Shown: piece by piece, positions 27,233 through 38,298 of the stretch
How the letters are laid out: each line of letters begins with the position of its first letter
How positions within the stretch are numbered: position 1 is the stretch's first letter
Virus record (IMG/VR): IMGVR_UViG_3300022902_000007
Strand: one strand, 5' to 3'
From: a virus
DNA length: 64,000 nucleotides
Notes under the pieces: model-generated
The model's database searches: none
What the model was told of the DNA's origin: nothing
What the model saw: the letters and a program-made list of their open reading frames with translations, nothing else
Made by a program: the position numbers and the translations under genes

Positions 27233-28857
27233 TGGGTAAAAAAGCCGAAGAGCAATACAGGTATCAGTGGGCTTGTCACATCGTGGATGTATATGAGCAG
27301 ACTGCTATTCGGAAAGGCACACGAGCAGGTGCCATGGTAATGGCCAGGGCTCCGCTCGAAGCTTCACTCCAGGTCTTGGAGAGCTCAGAAAGGATCTTGC
27401 AATCTTTCACGAAGACGGCTGTGTCCACAGACAATGGAGAGACATCCAGGAATGCTACATGGTCAGCTCGTTCAGAGTCAGGCTCTGTAGATCTCAGCGG
27501 TTGTCAGAGTGTCTTGGATCCTTCTGAGGATTTCACTGGGCTCGAATTGACGAATCCCTCAGTAGGAATTGAGGCCCATGTCGATCCACTTGCACAAGCT
27601 GCTGAAGCGTGGAATGATGCTGCTGACAAGCTTGGTCTCGGCGATCTGGATATCGATGTCTCGAAAATGAAGGAGTACATGGAGGAGTGCCTTCAGTGTG
27701 ACTTCCAGATCGACTTCGATTGGCAGATACAGCCAGTCAATTTGCTCGGGCCCATAAATGATCTTCTGAATGATATTGAAGGCATCGCTGACCAGTTCTC
27801 GTCACGGATTGATCCGTTCAACATGCTGAACAACCTGTGTGACACCTTTGAAGGCTTTCGTTTTACCTGCGTACCAGATCTTTTCCAATTGATCATGTCT
27901 CTACAGATGCTACTCAAAAAGTACATCATGTTTGGGCTGGACATCAGGATTGACTGGACAGCTATTGCTGGTCCCCTTCTAAAAGTAATTATCGACGCCA
28001 TTGTTACCTTCCTCCAGCAGATTGTATCAATTCTACTGGCTCCGATTGACTGTGTACTTACCAATCTGAAGTCTGTCGACGAATTACTGAATGAATCAAT
28101 CAAGACTGCCAATATGAGTATCGCCGCCGGCCAAGCTCTTGGTGACACTTTTGGAAAGGGAGGAATCCCTGGCCTGGCTGGAGAAACCGAGTTGGATGTC
28201 TCTGGTTACGTGAATTTAAAGAAAGAAACAGGAGAAGATGACGACAGAGGCTTCGGAAACCTGTTTACGACTGGAAGTAACAGCATCTTCAACTTCGATG
28301 CCAGCTCTGGTTCTGGCGCTGAAGGCGCTAATATCCCCATTGGTTTCAGGCTTGGAGCCAATGACACTTTCGATTCAAGAATGAAAGACCCGACCATTAA
28401 GTATGCAAGTCCTCTACAGCAGGCAATCATGATGGTTCAGGAAGCCCGAGAATACATGGCCAGTCTGTTTGACAATATTCTCTACTCTTTCAAGAGCTTG
28501 AACGCTTTTGTGGCTGGCGGTATTGGCCTTCAGATGAACAATGCTGGTATGATAATGGCTATCCTCGATATGATCTCGCTGATCAAGATGCTTGCAGGAC
28601 TCCTTGGAAAAGGTGGTGCTGATGACTGGTGCCAGATGATAAAAGACAATCCAGACCTCGTTAGAAGTTACTTCGAGGGCTCATACCCAAACATGGAGAT
28701 TCTCTCTGGCGGCAAGCTCAGCAATGAGCTCAAACTCAAGGCTGGGCCATGGGAAGGAACCTTGCAGCTTGACAGCAGATGCGCAGGTCAGCGTACTACT
28801 GAGCAGCAACAAATGCTGACAGGTTGGATCAGCGACCTTGAGAGGAGCATGAGATAA
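27232..28857 (+). CDS. hypothetical virion-associated helical protein
   Basis: Long ORF coupled to both neighbours; amphipathic/hydrophobic helices. Confidence 0.6.
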   Translation: MGKKAEEQYRYQWACHIVDVYEQTAIRKGTRAGAMVMARAPLEASLQVLESSERILQSFTKTAVSTDNGETSRNATWSARSESGSVDLSGCQSVLDPSEDFTGLELTNPSVGIEAHVDPLAQAAEAWNDAADKLGLGDLDIDVSKMKEYMEECLQCDFQIDFDWQIQPVNLLGPINDLLNDIEGIADQFSSRIDPFNMLNNLCDTFEGFRFTCVPDLFQLIMSLQMLLKKYIMFGLDIRIDWTAIAGPLLKVIIDAIVTFLQQIVSILLAPIDCVLTNLKSVDELLNESIKTANMSIAAGQALGDTFGKGGIPGLAGETELDVSGYVNLKKETGEDDDRGFGNLFTTGSNSIFNFDASSGSGAEGANIPIGFRLGANDTFDSRMKDPTIKYASPLQQAIMMVQEAREYMASLFDNILYSFKSLNAFVAGGIGLQMNNAGMIMAILDMISLIKMLAGLLGKGGADDWCQMIKDNPDLVRSYFEGSYPNMEILSGGKLSNELKLKAGPWEGTLQLDSRCAGQRTTEQQQMLTGWISDLERSMR

Positions 28858-30788
28858 TGCGTGCTGAACTAATCGAGATCTTGGCAGACAGGCTGGCGGG
28901 CAAGAGAAGCAGGCCGGCCATGCTAAAGGCCCCTCCACCCAAGAAGGTCAAGGACAAAAAGATCTCTTATACAGAGAGACACAGGGGGAGCTGGCATGAT
29001 GGCGAATATGATCTTGCAGAAATTCAGATCATTCAGCATACTGATTCATATGTAGCTCGTAGTATTGACCGGAAGCTTCACAGGTTCCTGGTTGCTGGGC
29101 ATGAGTTTGTCGGCCGAAATTCAAAGTATGTAGAATACATTCGCCAGCGCATCCTTGAAATGGAGCTGGCTACAGGCCGTCCTTTCGCTTTGCAAATGGC
29201 GGACACCGCTCGGGACCTTATTCGCTTCAAGAACTGTATGTGGATCAAGGCTCGGAATTCAGAGTTCTCCTCTGGCAAGATTCGTCGCAGTCCCACTGAC
29301 AGAAAACTCGATCCTGTTGCAGGATATTTCATCCTGCCATTCGAAACACTTGAGTTCAAGACCAAGAACAATGGCGATCTCAAGAAAATCCAGCAGGTAA
29401 TGCCTTCTGGCAAGCGAAGAGAATTCTTCGTGGATGATGTCATCCATTTCTACATGAATCGCAATCCGGGTTTTGCAATAGGCACTCCTGATCTGATCCC
29501 CGTTATTGATGATATCGAGTTACTTCGGCGAATTGAAGAGAATGTAGAGGAGCTGCTTGAGTCCAACCTCTATCCGTTGTTCCATTATCAGATTGGCTCT
29601 GATGAGATTCCAGAGAGGAAGGGCCCTGACGGCAGGTCTGAATCTGACATAATGAGAGGCATTGTCGAGTACATGCCTGCTGGCGGTATCTTCTTCTCGG
29701 ATCATCGACACAACATCTCTGCTATTGGTTCAGAGGGTCGTGCTCTCCGTGTAGAAAGCTATTTGGATTACTTCAAGTCACGCTTGTTTGCTGGGCTTGG
29801 AATGTCTGGCATAGACTTTGGTGAAGGCAATACGAGTAATCGATCCACAGCAGATACGATGTCCAAGGGCGCTTTGCAAGACATAGAGGCTCTGCAGATT
29901 TACATGAAGATGTTCGTCGAGAAGGAGGTCATCCAAGAGCTGCTTCTCGAAGGCGGGTTCGGAATGGATGCATTCCTTCCCGAGAACAAAGTAGAAATTC
30001 AGTTTGGAATCATCAACAAGGAAGAACGTTCTCGTCTTGAGAATCAGGCAATACAGAAGTTCCTGAACAATGCGATTACTCATGAAGAGTTTCGCAAGGA
30101 GCTGGGGCTGCCCCCAATGACTGAAGAGGATCTGGAGAATACACACTTCAAGATGTACGAGGAGCCCATGGCCCTCATAAAAGCCAGTGCTCTTGGGCTT
30201 GCCGCTGGCGATGCCCTGGCCAAGGCCCCGACCTCGGCGGTAACGCAGGAAGGCCTGAACAAAGAAAACAAGAGGCAGAAGGAAGAAGCAAAAGCGAAAA
30301 ATGCTCAGGGGCGTCCGCCTTCCAACTCTTCTACAAAAGCCCGTAACGCCAACTCCAATACTACCAGCCCTCGGAATCAGCATGGATCGAGAGGCTCTCA
30401 GAAGTTCAACAAGGATTTCTCTGAGAAAGATCTCTATACCGTATATCTTTCGAGTGGTGGTGAAGATACTTCGCTTCTGAACAACGTGATTCGTGAATTC
30501 AAGGTGGCACGAGCTGAATTCCATGGCATCGTGGCGAATAGAGTCGCCATTGCTGCCGTTGACAACGTTACCGTCAGGGACAGTCTCGATTGGCGCTGGC
30601 AGGGTCTGTGCGATAGGTTCTTCGCCAAGGCTTTCAATGCTGGAGTGATAGTTGGTGCTGAGTCTCTTGACTCCCTGTCACCCAAGGATCTCATTTGTAC
30701 AGATGAGGCTTGTATACAAAAGTTGCTTACGAGTATAACCAATACTGACGAGGTCTTCCGCACGGAAGATATACCTCCATTTTCATAG
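28857..30788 (+). CDS. portal protein
   Basis: Size and position between TerL and protease; DVIHF...GTPDL, NRSTAD and ITHEEFRKELGLPP portal-like motifs. Confidence 0.85.
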   Translation: MRAELIEILADRLAGKRSRPAMLKAPPPKKVKDKKISYTERHRGSWHDGEYDLAEIQIIQHTDSYVARSIDRKLHRFLVAGHEFVGRNSKYVEYIRQRILEMELATGRPFALQMADTARDLIRFKNCMWIKARNSEFSSGKIRRSPTDRKLDPVAGYFILPFETLEFKTKNNGDLKKIQQVMPSGKRREFFVDDVIHFYMNRNPGFAIGTPDLIPVIDDIELLRRIEENVEELLESNLYPLFHYQIGSDEIPERKGPDGRSESDIMRGIVEYMPAGGIFFSDHRHNISAIGSEGRALRVESYLDYFKSRLFAGLGMSGIDFGEGNTSNRSTADTMSKGALQDIEALQIYMKMFVEKEVIQELLLEGGFGMDAFLPENKVEIQFGIINKEERSRLENQAIQKFLNNAITHEEFRKELGLPPMTEEDLENTHFKMYEEPMALIKASALGLAAGDALAKAPTSAVTQEGLNKENKRQKEEAKAKNAQGRPPSNSSTKARNANSNTTSPRNQHGSRGSQKFNKDFSEKDLYTVYLSSGGEDTSLLNNVIREFKVARAEFHGIVANRVAIAAVDNVTVRDSLDWRWQGLCDRFFAKAFNAGVIVGAESLDSLSPKDLICTDEACIQKLLTSITNTDEVFRTEDIPPFS

Positions 30789-30796
30789 AGGCATGC

Positions 30797-32674
30797 ATGT
30801 CTAACAGTTACAAGTTTAATGATTGCATAAAGATTTTGGCTGACCGCAGGGTTGCTGATCTTGATCAAAAGCACAAGAATGCGATTATAGACAAAACCCA
30901 GAAGGGTGATAAGGCCCCTCGCGGATTGGTCATTGAATTAGACCTCACTCATTCTGCCCGTCGTATAAACAACAGGCTGTATTCGTATACTGGACAGAGA
31001 GATGGAATCTCTTCTCTCGTCGAGCCTACACCAAGACCCATTCTCAAGAACCATGATGACAGTGATGTAGATAACTGTATTGGTCGCTTCATCGGTGGCT
31101 CGTATGTAGATCTCGTCCCACACATTGGCAGCTTCTTCAGAGACCTTCGGTCTCTTCAGGCATTCCAACAGGACTATCTGAGCGATGATCCAGAGAAGAT
31201 GTATGACGCCATGGAGCGAAATGGATTACTAACCAATCCGAAGTTCCCTGGTCTTGGAACGATGCGAGCGAAATTACGCATTACTGACAAAGAGGCAATC
31301 GAAAAGTTTTTGGATGAGCGATATCTAAACTTTTCTGCTTCACATGCCTCGGACAGATATACATGCAGTGTCTGCCATCAGGACTGGATCTCTGATGGGC
31401 CCTGCGAACACAGACCCGGAAGAATGTATGACGGAAAGTTCTGCGTCAACATCACTGGTGTCTGGAAGGTCAAAGAGGGTTCTGTTGTAGTCAACGGGGC
31501 TGACGACCTTGCCTATCCCCGCTCGATGAGTATCTCCGATGCTGTCGGGCTACCTGAATTTGTGTCTGATCCTGACTATTGGCAGATCGACAAAACTTCT
31601 ATTTTCATGACTGATTCAACAATCCAAGACATGGAGCTTGACATGACCGTAAAACCCGAGGTGTTAGATCCTCGTGACTACACTCGCAAGCTCGTTGAAG
31701 GCACTGAAGAAGAAGCTATCAAAGAACACACTGATGCTCTCATGGGAGAGACTGTATTCGAAACTACTTATTTGATTCGAATTCATGACAGCCTCCATCA
31801 TGCCTATGACTGGGAGCTGAGGTTTCGTCGTGAGGATGAAGACATGTGTCTTCCCTCGGATGTGTTCAAGCTTCACGCATGTCTTCACGATCTCGCTAAC
31901 GAAAAAGACTTTAGAGGCAGTATCATCAACGGTATACTGGATGGCTTTGATGCCGAAGGTGCTGAAAGCGATGAATACAAGGTGAAGAAAGCCGCCTCTG
32001 ATTCAAAAGAAGGTGCTGACGATGGAGAGACTAAAGAAATTCTGGATGCAGGTTCTGATCCTGCTGGCAAAGGTGCTTCCGCAAAAGTGGAAGACAAAGA
32101 TCCTGATACTGGTAATAAGGCTGAAGACTCAGACGTAGATCCCAAACTGGTTGATGCTCTGTATGAGCTTCTCAAGGACAGACTTGAGGCTCAGCAGAAG
32201 CCTGCTGAGCTTAAAACCTTCGAGCCAGCTGTGGACGAAGAGCTCCAGAAAGACTATGCAGAAGCTCTCAGACAGGTTCAGGAACTAAAAGATCGCCTAA
32301 ATTCAGTACTTGAATACGTCTCTGATGACAAATCCAAAGTTTTTTCAGAAGATTGTGAGAACAAACTTGAAGAAATGTGGGACTGGTTTGGTACCATTGG
32401 TTCTGAAGACAACTCAATTCTTGATAACGTAAACAAAGTAGACAATCCTTCCGAAGCCGGAGCAAGCGTCAAGTCTGAAGACTCAGGAGAAAAAGATCCT
32501 GAGAAGAAAGACGCCAGCACTCTGAGTAGATTCGACAGGAAAGTCTTTGATCAATTTCACAATCTAAAAGATTCTCAAGGTGAAGCAGCAGCAGAGGCCT
32601 ACCTCAACAGTGTGCTCAAATATGTACCACGCGGCTTCCACCCTTCAAATTACAAACTCTCCGAAGGAGAATAA
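30797..32674 (+). CDS. prohead protease with acidic scaffold C-terminus
   Basis: ILKNHD, CSVC..CEHRPG and EGSVVVNGAD motifs; acidic coiled tail; position before the capsid genes. Confidence 0.75.
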   Translation: MSNSYKFNDCIKILADRRVADLDQKHKNAIIDKTQKGDKAPRGLVIELDLTHSARRINNRLYSYTGQRDGISSLVEPTPRPILKNHDDSDVDNCIGRFIGGSYVDLVPHIGSFFRDLRSLQAFQQDYLSDDPEKMYDAMERNGLLTNPKFPGLGTMRAKLRITDKEAIEKFLDERYLNFSASHASDRYTCSVCHQDWISDGPCEHRPGRMYDGKFCVNITGVWKVKEGSVVVNGADDLAYPRSMSISDAVGLPEFVSDPDYWQIDKTSIFMTDSTIQDMELDMTVKPEVLDPRDYTRKLVEGTEEEAIKEHTDALMGETVFETTYLIRIHDSLHHAYDWELRFRREDEDMCLPSDVFKLHACLHDLANEKDFRGSIINGILDGFDAEGAESDEYKVKKAASDSKEGADDGETKEILDAGSDPAGKGASAKVEDKDPDTGNKAEDSDVDPKLVDALYELLKDRLEAQQKPAELKTFEPAVDEELQKDYAEALRQVQELKDRLNSVLEYVSDDKSKVFSEDCENKLEEMWDWFGTIGSEDNSILDNVNKVDNPSEAGASVKSEDSGEKDPEKKDASTLSRFDRKVFDQFHNLKDSQGEAAAEAYLNSVLKYVPRGFHPSNYKLSEGE

Positions 32675-32677
32675 CAA

Positions 32678-34015
32678 ATGGCTGTTAGTCGATATTCTTC
32701 GGTGCTGAAGCGCCGTACTAACATTCTCGACAACATCACTCCTACCCCAGTGGTTCAGGATAACACTCGTGTTCCTGCTGGCGAATGGATGCCTGCTGCG
32801 TGGCTACCCATTGAATGGAGTTCGACTGTTAGCGAAGATTCTTTCGTAATGTCCAGTGGTAAGGTCGTCTCTCTTGATGCAGAAGAGAGAGTATGCCCCT
32901 CTGGTTACCGTCTCCGTACCACCATTGCCAGTACATTTCTCACTTATGCTACAGCTGATGTAAACGCTGGCGTAATTGACATCCGTACCGGCTCCACACT
33001 GCTTACCGCCGCAACCGGTGCTGTTGCTCCTGAAACAGTTGCCACTGCCCTTCTGGCTCGTGGTCTCGTTGAAGAGTCCAGCCTGGTCCTCGGGCACGAC
33101 TACAGTGCTGCTACTCAAGGTGACGTCACTGCCGTGATCGAGGCTTTCATTAGCCATCCTGTCGGTATCCTTGTTGGCGACACTTATGTTTGGGCCGGTG
33201 ACTGGCCCGACCTGACGATGTCCAACTATCAGAAGCAGCATCTCATTCAGTTTGTCACTGGCCTTCAGATGAAGGTTCCTCACCTCGCCGAAAGCACTGC
33301 TGCTACTTCTGCAGCTCTGAACGGTCTTGGTGCGTGGACTGCCGTTGGTGACGGTACCCAGTTCCCTGATGCTGATGCCGCTGGTGCCGAACTCTATGTG
33401 ACCACCACTCAGCTTTCTGGTCTCCAGCGTTACAGCGGCGTGATTGCTGCTACTGACACTGTTACTGGCTATGCTCTCCAGAACGCTCCTGGCTGCAAGA
33501 ACACTGATCGCACTCCACTGAGTGATTCTCTGGGTACTGCCCTGGTCAACGAGAAAACCTCAATTGCCTCGATCAGCTCTGCTGGTGATTATTACTGGGA
33601 TGCCGAAGTTGGCATGCTGCTGCTCTTCACTGCTGCTGACGTTCAGTTCGCTGGTGCCACTACGGTAACTTACTACTACTATGATGGTGGCAGCGCTGCT
33701 GCTCACCGTATGATTCACCTTTGCGACGAAGCCCGTCCTGGTCAGCATGTTACCTATGATGACGACAGTAACTTCGTAGCAGTGGACATCACTCCTGGTT
33801 CTACCAATATGGGTGGTATTCTCGGACGTATTTACAAGATTATCGCAGAGCCTCGTGGCCTCCTTGATCGAGTAGAGACTGCTTGGAGCGCCTCTAACAT
33901 GACTTCTGCTGAGCAGATGCCTGGTACCGCTACCAAGGGTTATACAGATCTCATCACCCGCTCTGGCGAGACGGTTGCTGATCAGATCGCTATCCTCAAC
34001 ATCAAGATCAACTAA
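32678..34015 (+). CDS. capsid decoration/minor structural protein
   Basis: AAGGAG RBS; Thr/Ala-rich; immediately upstream of the major capsid gene. Confidence 0.6.
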   Translation: MAVSRYSSVLKRRTNILDNITPTPVVQDNTRVPAGEWMPAAWLPIEWSSTVSEDSFVMSSGKVVSLDAEERVCPSGYRLRTTIASTFLTYATADVNAGVIDIRTGSTLLTAATGAVAPETVATALLARGLVEESSLVLGHDYSAATQGDVTAVIEAFISHPVGILVGDTYVWAGDWPDLTMSNYQKQHLIQFVTGLQMKVPHLAESTAATSAALNGLGAWTAVGDGTQFPDADAAGAELYVTTTQLSGLQRYSGVIAATDTVTGYALQNAPGCKNTDRTPLSDSLGTALVNEKTSIASISSAGDYYWDAEVGMLLLFTAADVQFAGATTVTYYYYDGGSAAAHRMIHLCDEARPGQHVTYDDDSNFVAVDITPGSTNMGGILGRIYKIIAEPRGLLDRVETAWSASNMTSAEQMPGTATKGYTDLITRSGETVADQIAILNIKIN

Positions 34016-34029
34016 GTTAGGAGTTCTCA

Positions 34030-35325
34030 ATGTCTTTCAAGCTAGTTAAGAGTGGACGAACTCTCGATCTCCCCGGCGGCAAAGAGCAGGCAGCTCAATA
34101 TTTGGCCGACATGATCAGCAATCGTGGCTATCTGCCCGATTCTTCTGAACGGGTAGAGTGGGAAGATTTCGCTGAAACTATCACCTCTCGCGACGTTATC
34201 ACGACCAGTGAGATTACCCCCCTTCTGAATACCTCTCTGGAAATCATCATCCGTGAGCCTATTGAACCAATGCTGGTAATCACCAGCCTGTTCAATCGTG
34301 TCCAGTCCAAGGGCCTGAATACCAATATTCTGGCAGGCGCTCTCGGTGCTATCTATGCACAGGACGTCCAGGAGCATGGTACTTACCCGGAGGTTAGCTT
34401 CCAGATCGGCGGTGCTGTAAGCACTGCTTGGATCGGTAAGTCTGGTATCGCTGCCAAGTTCTCTGACGAAGCAATTCGTTACAGCACCTGGGATATCATG
34501 GCCATGAACCTGCGCCTCATGGGCGCTGCAATGGCTCGCCACAAGGAACAGAAGGCCGTAAACTTCCTCAGAAGTTTGGGCACCACTGTCTTTGACAACG
34601 CTACTCCAGCTGATTCTCTCTACGGTGTTTGCACCGGTCGCGGTATCGACATGCTTGCCAACGGTAGCATGGATATGGATGACCTGGTCAAGGCCTATGC
34701 TCACATGACTGAAGAGGGCTTCCCTCCAAGTACTCTGCTGGTTCACCCCATGACTTATCTCATGTGGCTCCGTGATCCTGTCATGCGCGTTATGATGCTG
34801 AACTTCGGCGGCGGGCAGTACTTCAATCCTTGGACTGGTAATACCGGCCCACAGAGCAATTGGAACAACGGTGCCATGGGCGCTATGGGCCCAAGTCGTG
34901 GTCACAAGCTGGTTCCTGGTGGCTCACCTTCTGGTGAGTCTGCAACAGCTCTTACCGGACGTAGCAATCAGGCCAACAGCACTCCTAACGTGCCTGGGTA
35001 CTTCCCCTTCAGCCTCAACATCATGGCCTCTCCATTCGTACCTTACGATCCTGATACCGACCTGACTGATGTATATCTGCTCAGTGCCGGCAACGTTGGC
35101 TTCCATCTCGTAGATGAAGACCTCACCAACGTCCAGTGGCGTGATGAAGATATCGAAGCTATCAAGGTCAAGCTGCGTGAACGTTATGGCTTCGCTGTCG
35201 CTCACGAAGGCCAGGGCGTAGGCGTCTTCAAGAACGTCAAGGTCGACCGCAACTACTTCGATGGTTCGGTTCCTGCCCTCGGTATCGCCGCCAACGCTAT
35301 CCCATCTGGTACTGCCGTAGTGTAA
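34030..35325 (+). CDS. major capsid protein
   Basis: HK97-like size; LLVHP and KLRERYGF motifs; followed by a strong terminator. Confidence 0.85.
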   Translation: MSFKLVKSGRTLDLPGGKEQAAQYLADMISNRGYLPDSSERVEWEDFAETITSRDVITTSEITPLLNTSLEIIIREPIEPMLVITSLFNRVQSKGLNTNILAGALGAIYAQDVQEHGTYPEVSFQIGGAVSTAWIGKSGIAAKFSDEAIRYSTWDIMAMNLRLMGAAMARHKEQKAVNFLRSLGTTVFDNATPADSLYGVCTGRGIDMLANGSMDMDDLVKAYAHMTEEGFPPSTLLVHPMTYLMWLRDPVMRVMMLNFGGGQYFNPWTGNTGPQSNWNNGAMGAMGPSRGHKLVPGGSPSGESATALTGRSNQANSTPNVPGYFPFSLNIMASPFVPYDPDTDLTDVYLLSAGNVGFHLVDEDLTNVQWRDEDIEAIKVKLRERYGFAVAHEGQGVGVFKNVKVDRNYFDGSVPALGIAANAIPSGTAVV

Positions 35326-35347
35326 TCGTTCTTTGTGATACAATCCA

Positions 35348-35376
35348 GGGCGAGGCATTTGAGCCTCGCCCTTTTT
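35348..35376 (+). terminator. intrinsic terminator after capsid gene
   Basis: GGGCGAGGC-ATTTGA-GCCTCGCCC-TTTTT. Confidence 0.8.
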
Positions 35377-35390
35377 CGTGAGGACAAAGA

Positions 35391-35567
35391 ATGGGTTGGT
35401 TTAAAGAAAGAATCGCAGACGCAGATCAGAACAATGCTTCTCAGCTGGATGCCGTTCGTGGCAGAATGCTAAACATACTCGATGTCGAAGTAGAAGATGA
35501 AGGAGAGTTCATTACTCTCGTTGGCTCTGTTGAGACTGAACCTGTCATTGAGGACAGCGAAGAATAG
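35391..35567 (+). CDS. small acidic protein (58 aa, not in ORF track)
   Basis: GAGGA upstream; MGWFKERIAD...EDSEE. Confidence 0.55.
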   Translation: MGWFKERIADADQNNASQLDAVRGRMLNILDVEVEDEGEFITLVGSVETEPVIEDSEE

Positions 35568-35576
35568 CGGAGGTTT

Positions 35577-36689
35577 TTGATGGCAACTCCTACTGTGCAG
35601 TCCGTTTATCCAAATGATGGGGCCACTGGTACGCCTATTCGAGCCGACATAGAAATTACTTTTGATGTCGGTGTAGATCTGTCACTGGCTAAGTCAAACA
35701 TAGTCCTTTATGGAGCAGACACAGATAGAACTTCTGGTCCTGATAGCGCTTTGTGGATCGATGGAGACACTGGCAGAGATCCATATTTTCTCACGTCCCC
35801 AGGTCTCACTGGCTGGGTGCCTTGTAGTTATGAAACCATCTATGTAGAGACTGACGGTACCGTAGTAGATCCACAGCCAGAGTTCACGTCTCTGGCTCAA
35901 GAAGTTGCTTCTGGTTACTATCAAAAACTAGTGGTGACTCCTGATGCCCCGCTTGCTGCTGAGGTTGAGTATACTGCCTACATCATTGGAGACGCCGAGA
36001 CTGGTACTGATACCGCAACAGGAAGCAGGACTGTTTTTGATGTTGATGATGCGGGAGCTACCAGCGTTACTGCTGGAATTGAAGTATATGGAGGATACTC
36101 TGGAGATGCAGCAGACACCATTCGTGTCAAGATCACTACATCTGGAGATATTGGCACTGCGAAATACAAGTGGTGGTATGCAGATACAGAATTAGAAGCA
36201 GATGCAAGGACGGGGAAGAGGACTTCCAGGAGGTTCCGCAAGCTGGAGGACGGTGTTCAGATTCGCTTTACTGGCTCTGGACTCATCGCTACTGATTATT
36301 ACGACATCAAGGTCTATTCAGTAGATTATCTCGCGAGCTCATATAGCTTCTCTTTTACGACTGGTACGGGCTCTATTGAAGACGTCCCCAGTACTGCTTC
36401 AACTTCTGTCATCGGAACAGTCACGACTGTAGCGACCACTTATCTGGAAGTCGAAAGCATGACTCCAGAGGATGGTTCCTGGCACCAGACCTTTGGAGAC
36501 AGGACTATAACCATTGTCTTTTCTGAGGACCTGGATGCGACAACTGTTACTGACGATACTGTTACGGTGTATGGGTATCCAGTCTCTGGAGACTTTGACG
36601 ATGGGCCACTCACTACGAGCTTTGGCCCGTATGAAGAGTTGTTCAAGAAGCTCAGTATTTCTGACGACACTCTCACGATTGAGTTGTAG
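35577..36689 (+). CDS. Ig-like domain virion protein
   Basis: PTVQSVYPNDGA..IEITFD and SMTPEDG..ITIVFSEDLD (bacterial Ig-like repeats). Confidence 0.7.
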   Translation: MMATPTVQSVYPNDGATGTPIRADIEITFDVGVDLSLAKSNIVLYGADTDRTSGPDSALWIDGDTGRDPYFLTSPGLTGWVPCSYETIYVETDGTVVDPQPEFTSLAQEVASGYYQKLVVTPDAPLAAEVEYTAYIIGDAETGTDTATGSRTVFDVDDAGATSVTAGIEVYGGYSGDAADTIRVKITTSGDIGTAKYKWWYADTELEADARTGKRTSRRFRKLEDGVQIRFTGSGLIATDYYDIKVYSVDYLASSYSFSFTTGTGSIEDVPSTASTSVIGTVTTVATTYLEVESMTPEDGSWHQTFGDRTITIVFSEDLDATTVTDDTVTVYGYPVSGDFDDGPLTTSFGPYEELFKKLSISDDTLTIEL

Positions 36690-36697
36690 GAGTTGAC

Positions 36698-37711
36698 ATG
36701 GCTTTCATGAGAGACGCAGCCCCAGTCGGACAGACAGTAAGCCTACGAGCGATAATCAAGGACCCCACAGGAGAACCTGTGAGCCCGGACGGAGTCACTC
36801 TCACTCTTTATCTCTATGATGAAGACAATGAGACGACTGACCTCGATACAGCTATCGAGGACTCTGATTACACTGGCGCTACGCAGACTATTGCTTTCGC
36901 GTCCCTTACCGAGATCTCCACTGGGTTTTATGAATACCAGTGGGCTATTCCTGCTGGAACTGATGTGGGAACTTGGTATGATTTGTGGGTATGTGAAATT
37001 CAAGGAGTCGAAACTGCTGATTACTTTGAGATAGAAGTCATCGAGACAGGTGATATCGACGTTCAAGACATCTCAACCAATACACTGGTTATCATAGTTC
37101 TTTCTGAGACGATTGCTGCGGACTCTGGGAACACGCTCGAAGAGGAGACTCAGCTCTCGTTTTCCACGAGATACAGTCCCTACTATGCCTCTACAGATTT
37201 AGTAAGGTTAGAATGTGGTTCTTGGATAGATGGAATTCCAGGTGACACTCTGGCCTTGATGATTCACTGGTCGTCCTTGAGTGCGAATGCTTATTGTCCA
37301 GATTCTCCCGGCGGGAACTCACCCCGATTCGAGACAGCAAGAACCAAGTTCGTGATATTCGATGCAGCTCTCCGAGCTCTCATTCTGCCTGCCAATGTCG
37401 GCGGGAAAAAGAAAACTCTTGGTGACTTGATGATTGAAAACAGTTCTCAGTTTGGTGACATCATCGAAGAGCTGAAATGGGAGAGATCTCAGTGGGCTCG
37501 TGTCATGAACGCTGGTGGTGAGATTGTTCCTGGCCAAAGTCTCGAACCCACTTTCGGTGTCAAGGGCATCAAAGATCCTGACCGACGTAAAACTGGTAGG
37601 AGCTGGGCCAAGACTCACGAATACTCTTATCCTCAGCCTCTGGCCAATGGGAAGGTTCGGTTGTCGAGCAGGAACCGTCGTTACAAGCGGGCTTACGTGT
37701 ACGGGGGGTAA
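36698..37711 (+). CDS. head-tail adaptor/neck protein
   Basis: Position; YSPYYAS and KKTLGDL segments. Confidence 0.55.
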   Translation: MAFMRDAAPVGQTVSLRAIIKDPTGEPVSPDGVTLTLYLYDEDNETTDLDTAIEDSDYTGATQTIAFASLTEISTGFYEYQWAIPAGTDVGTWYDLWVCEIQGVETADYFEIEVIETGDIDVQDISTNTLVIIVLSETIAADSGNTLEEETQLSFSTRYSPYYASTDLVRLECGSWIDGIPGDTLALMIHWSSLSANAYCPDSPGGNSPRFETARTKFVIFDAALRALILPANVGGKKKTLGDLMIENSSQFGDIIEELKWERSQWARVMNAGGEIVPGQSLEPTFGVKGIKDPDRRKTGRSWAKTHEYSYPQPLANGKVRLSSRNRRYKRAYVYGG

Positions 37712-37713
37712 AG

Positions 37714-38295
37714 ATGGTTTCTCGGACTCTGTTTCCCAGCGGAACTACTTATGCGCAGACTCGGGTTACTACTCATGGTAGGGAGATAGATCTTCGCCGG
37801 GAGTTTGACGAGATTGTATATGGCGGGCCAAGCTCAATTCCCCACGGAATGAAGCTATTGTTCAGAAAGATGAGGAGAGATACCTCCGACAATACTCTGG
37901 ACTGCGACTGTGTGGATGCCCTTACGAAAGAGCCTGATACTGAAAACAGCTGTCCATTCTGTTTGGGGGAAGGGAAGTATTGGGACGAGGACTGGCTTAT
38001 TGGTTTCGCGAGATACATCGGGGCAGATGGCGGAATGTCCAATCGCCAAAAGACCCTGTTCCCTGGCCCTATCAGAGTTGACTACAGAATCTTTTATCTC
38101 AGATACGACACGGACATTACTTATGCGGACAAGATTGTAGAGCTGCAGCTTGATACAGAAGGAGACCCGGTTGTACCATACAAAAGAGAAACAATCTATA
38201 AACCCCAGACAATCGTAAAATATCGTTCTGATTGGGGCCGGATTGAGTATATCGCAGTGTATTGCCGTGAAGAAGATGCCTTGAGGCCGGAGTAG
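37714..38295 (+). CDS. head closure/neck protein
   Basis: Position; CDC...CPFCLGEG motif. Confidence 0.55.
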   Translation: MVSRTLFPSGTTYAQTRVTTHGREIDLRREFDEIVYGGPSSIPHGMKLLFRKMRRDTSDNTLDCDCVDALTKEPDTENSCPFCLGEGKYWDEDWLIGFARYIGADGGMSNRQKTLFPGPIRVDYRIFYLRYDTDITYADKIVELQLDTEGDPVVPYKRETIYKPQTIVKYRSDWGRIEYIAVYCREEDALRPE

Positions 38296-38298
38296 TCA

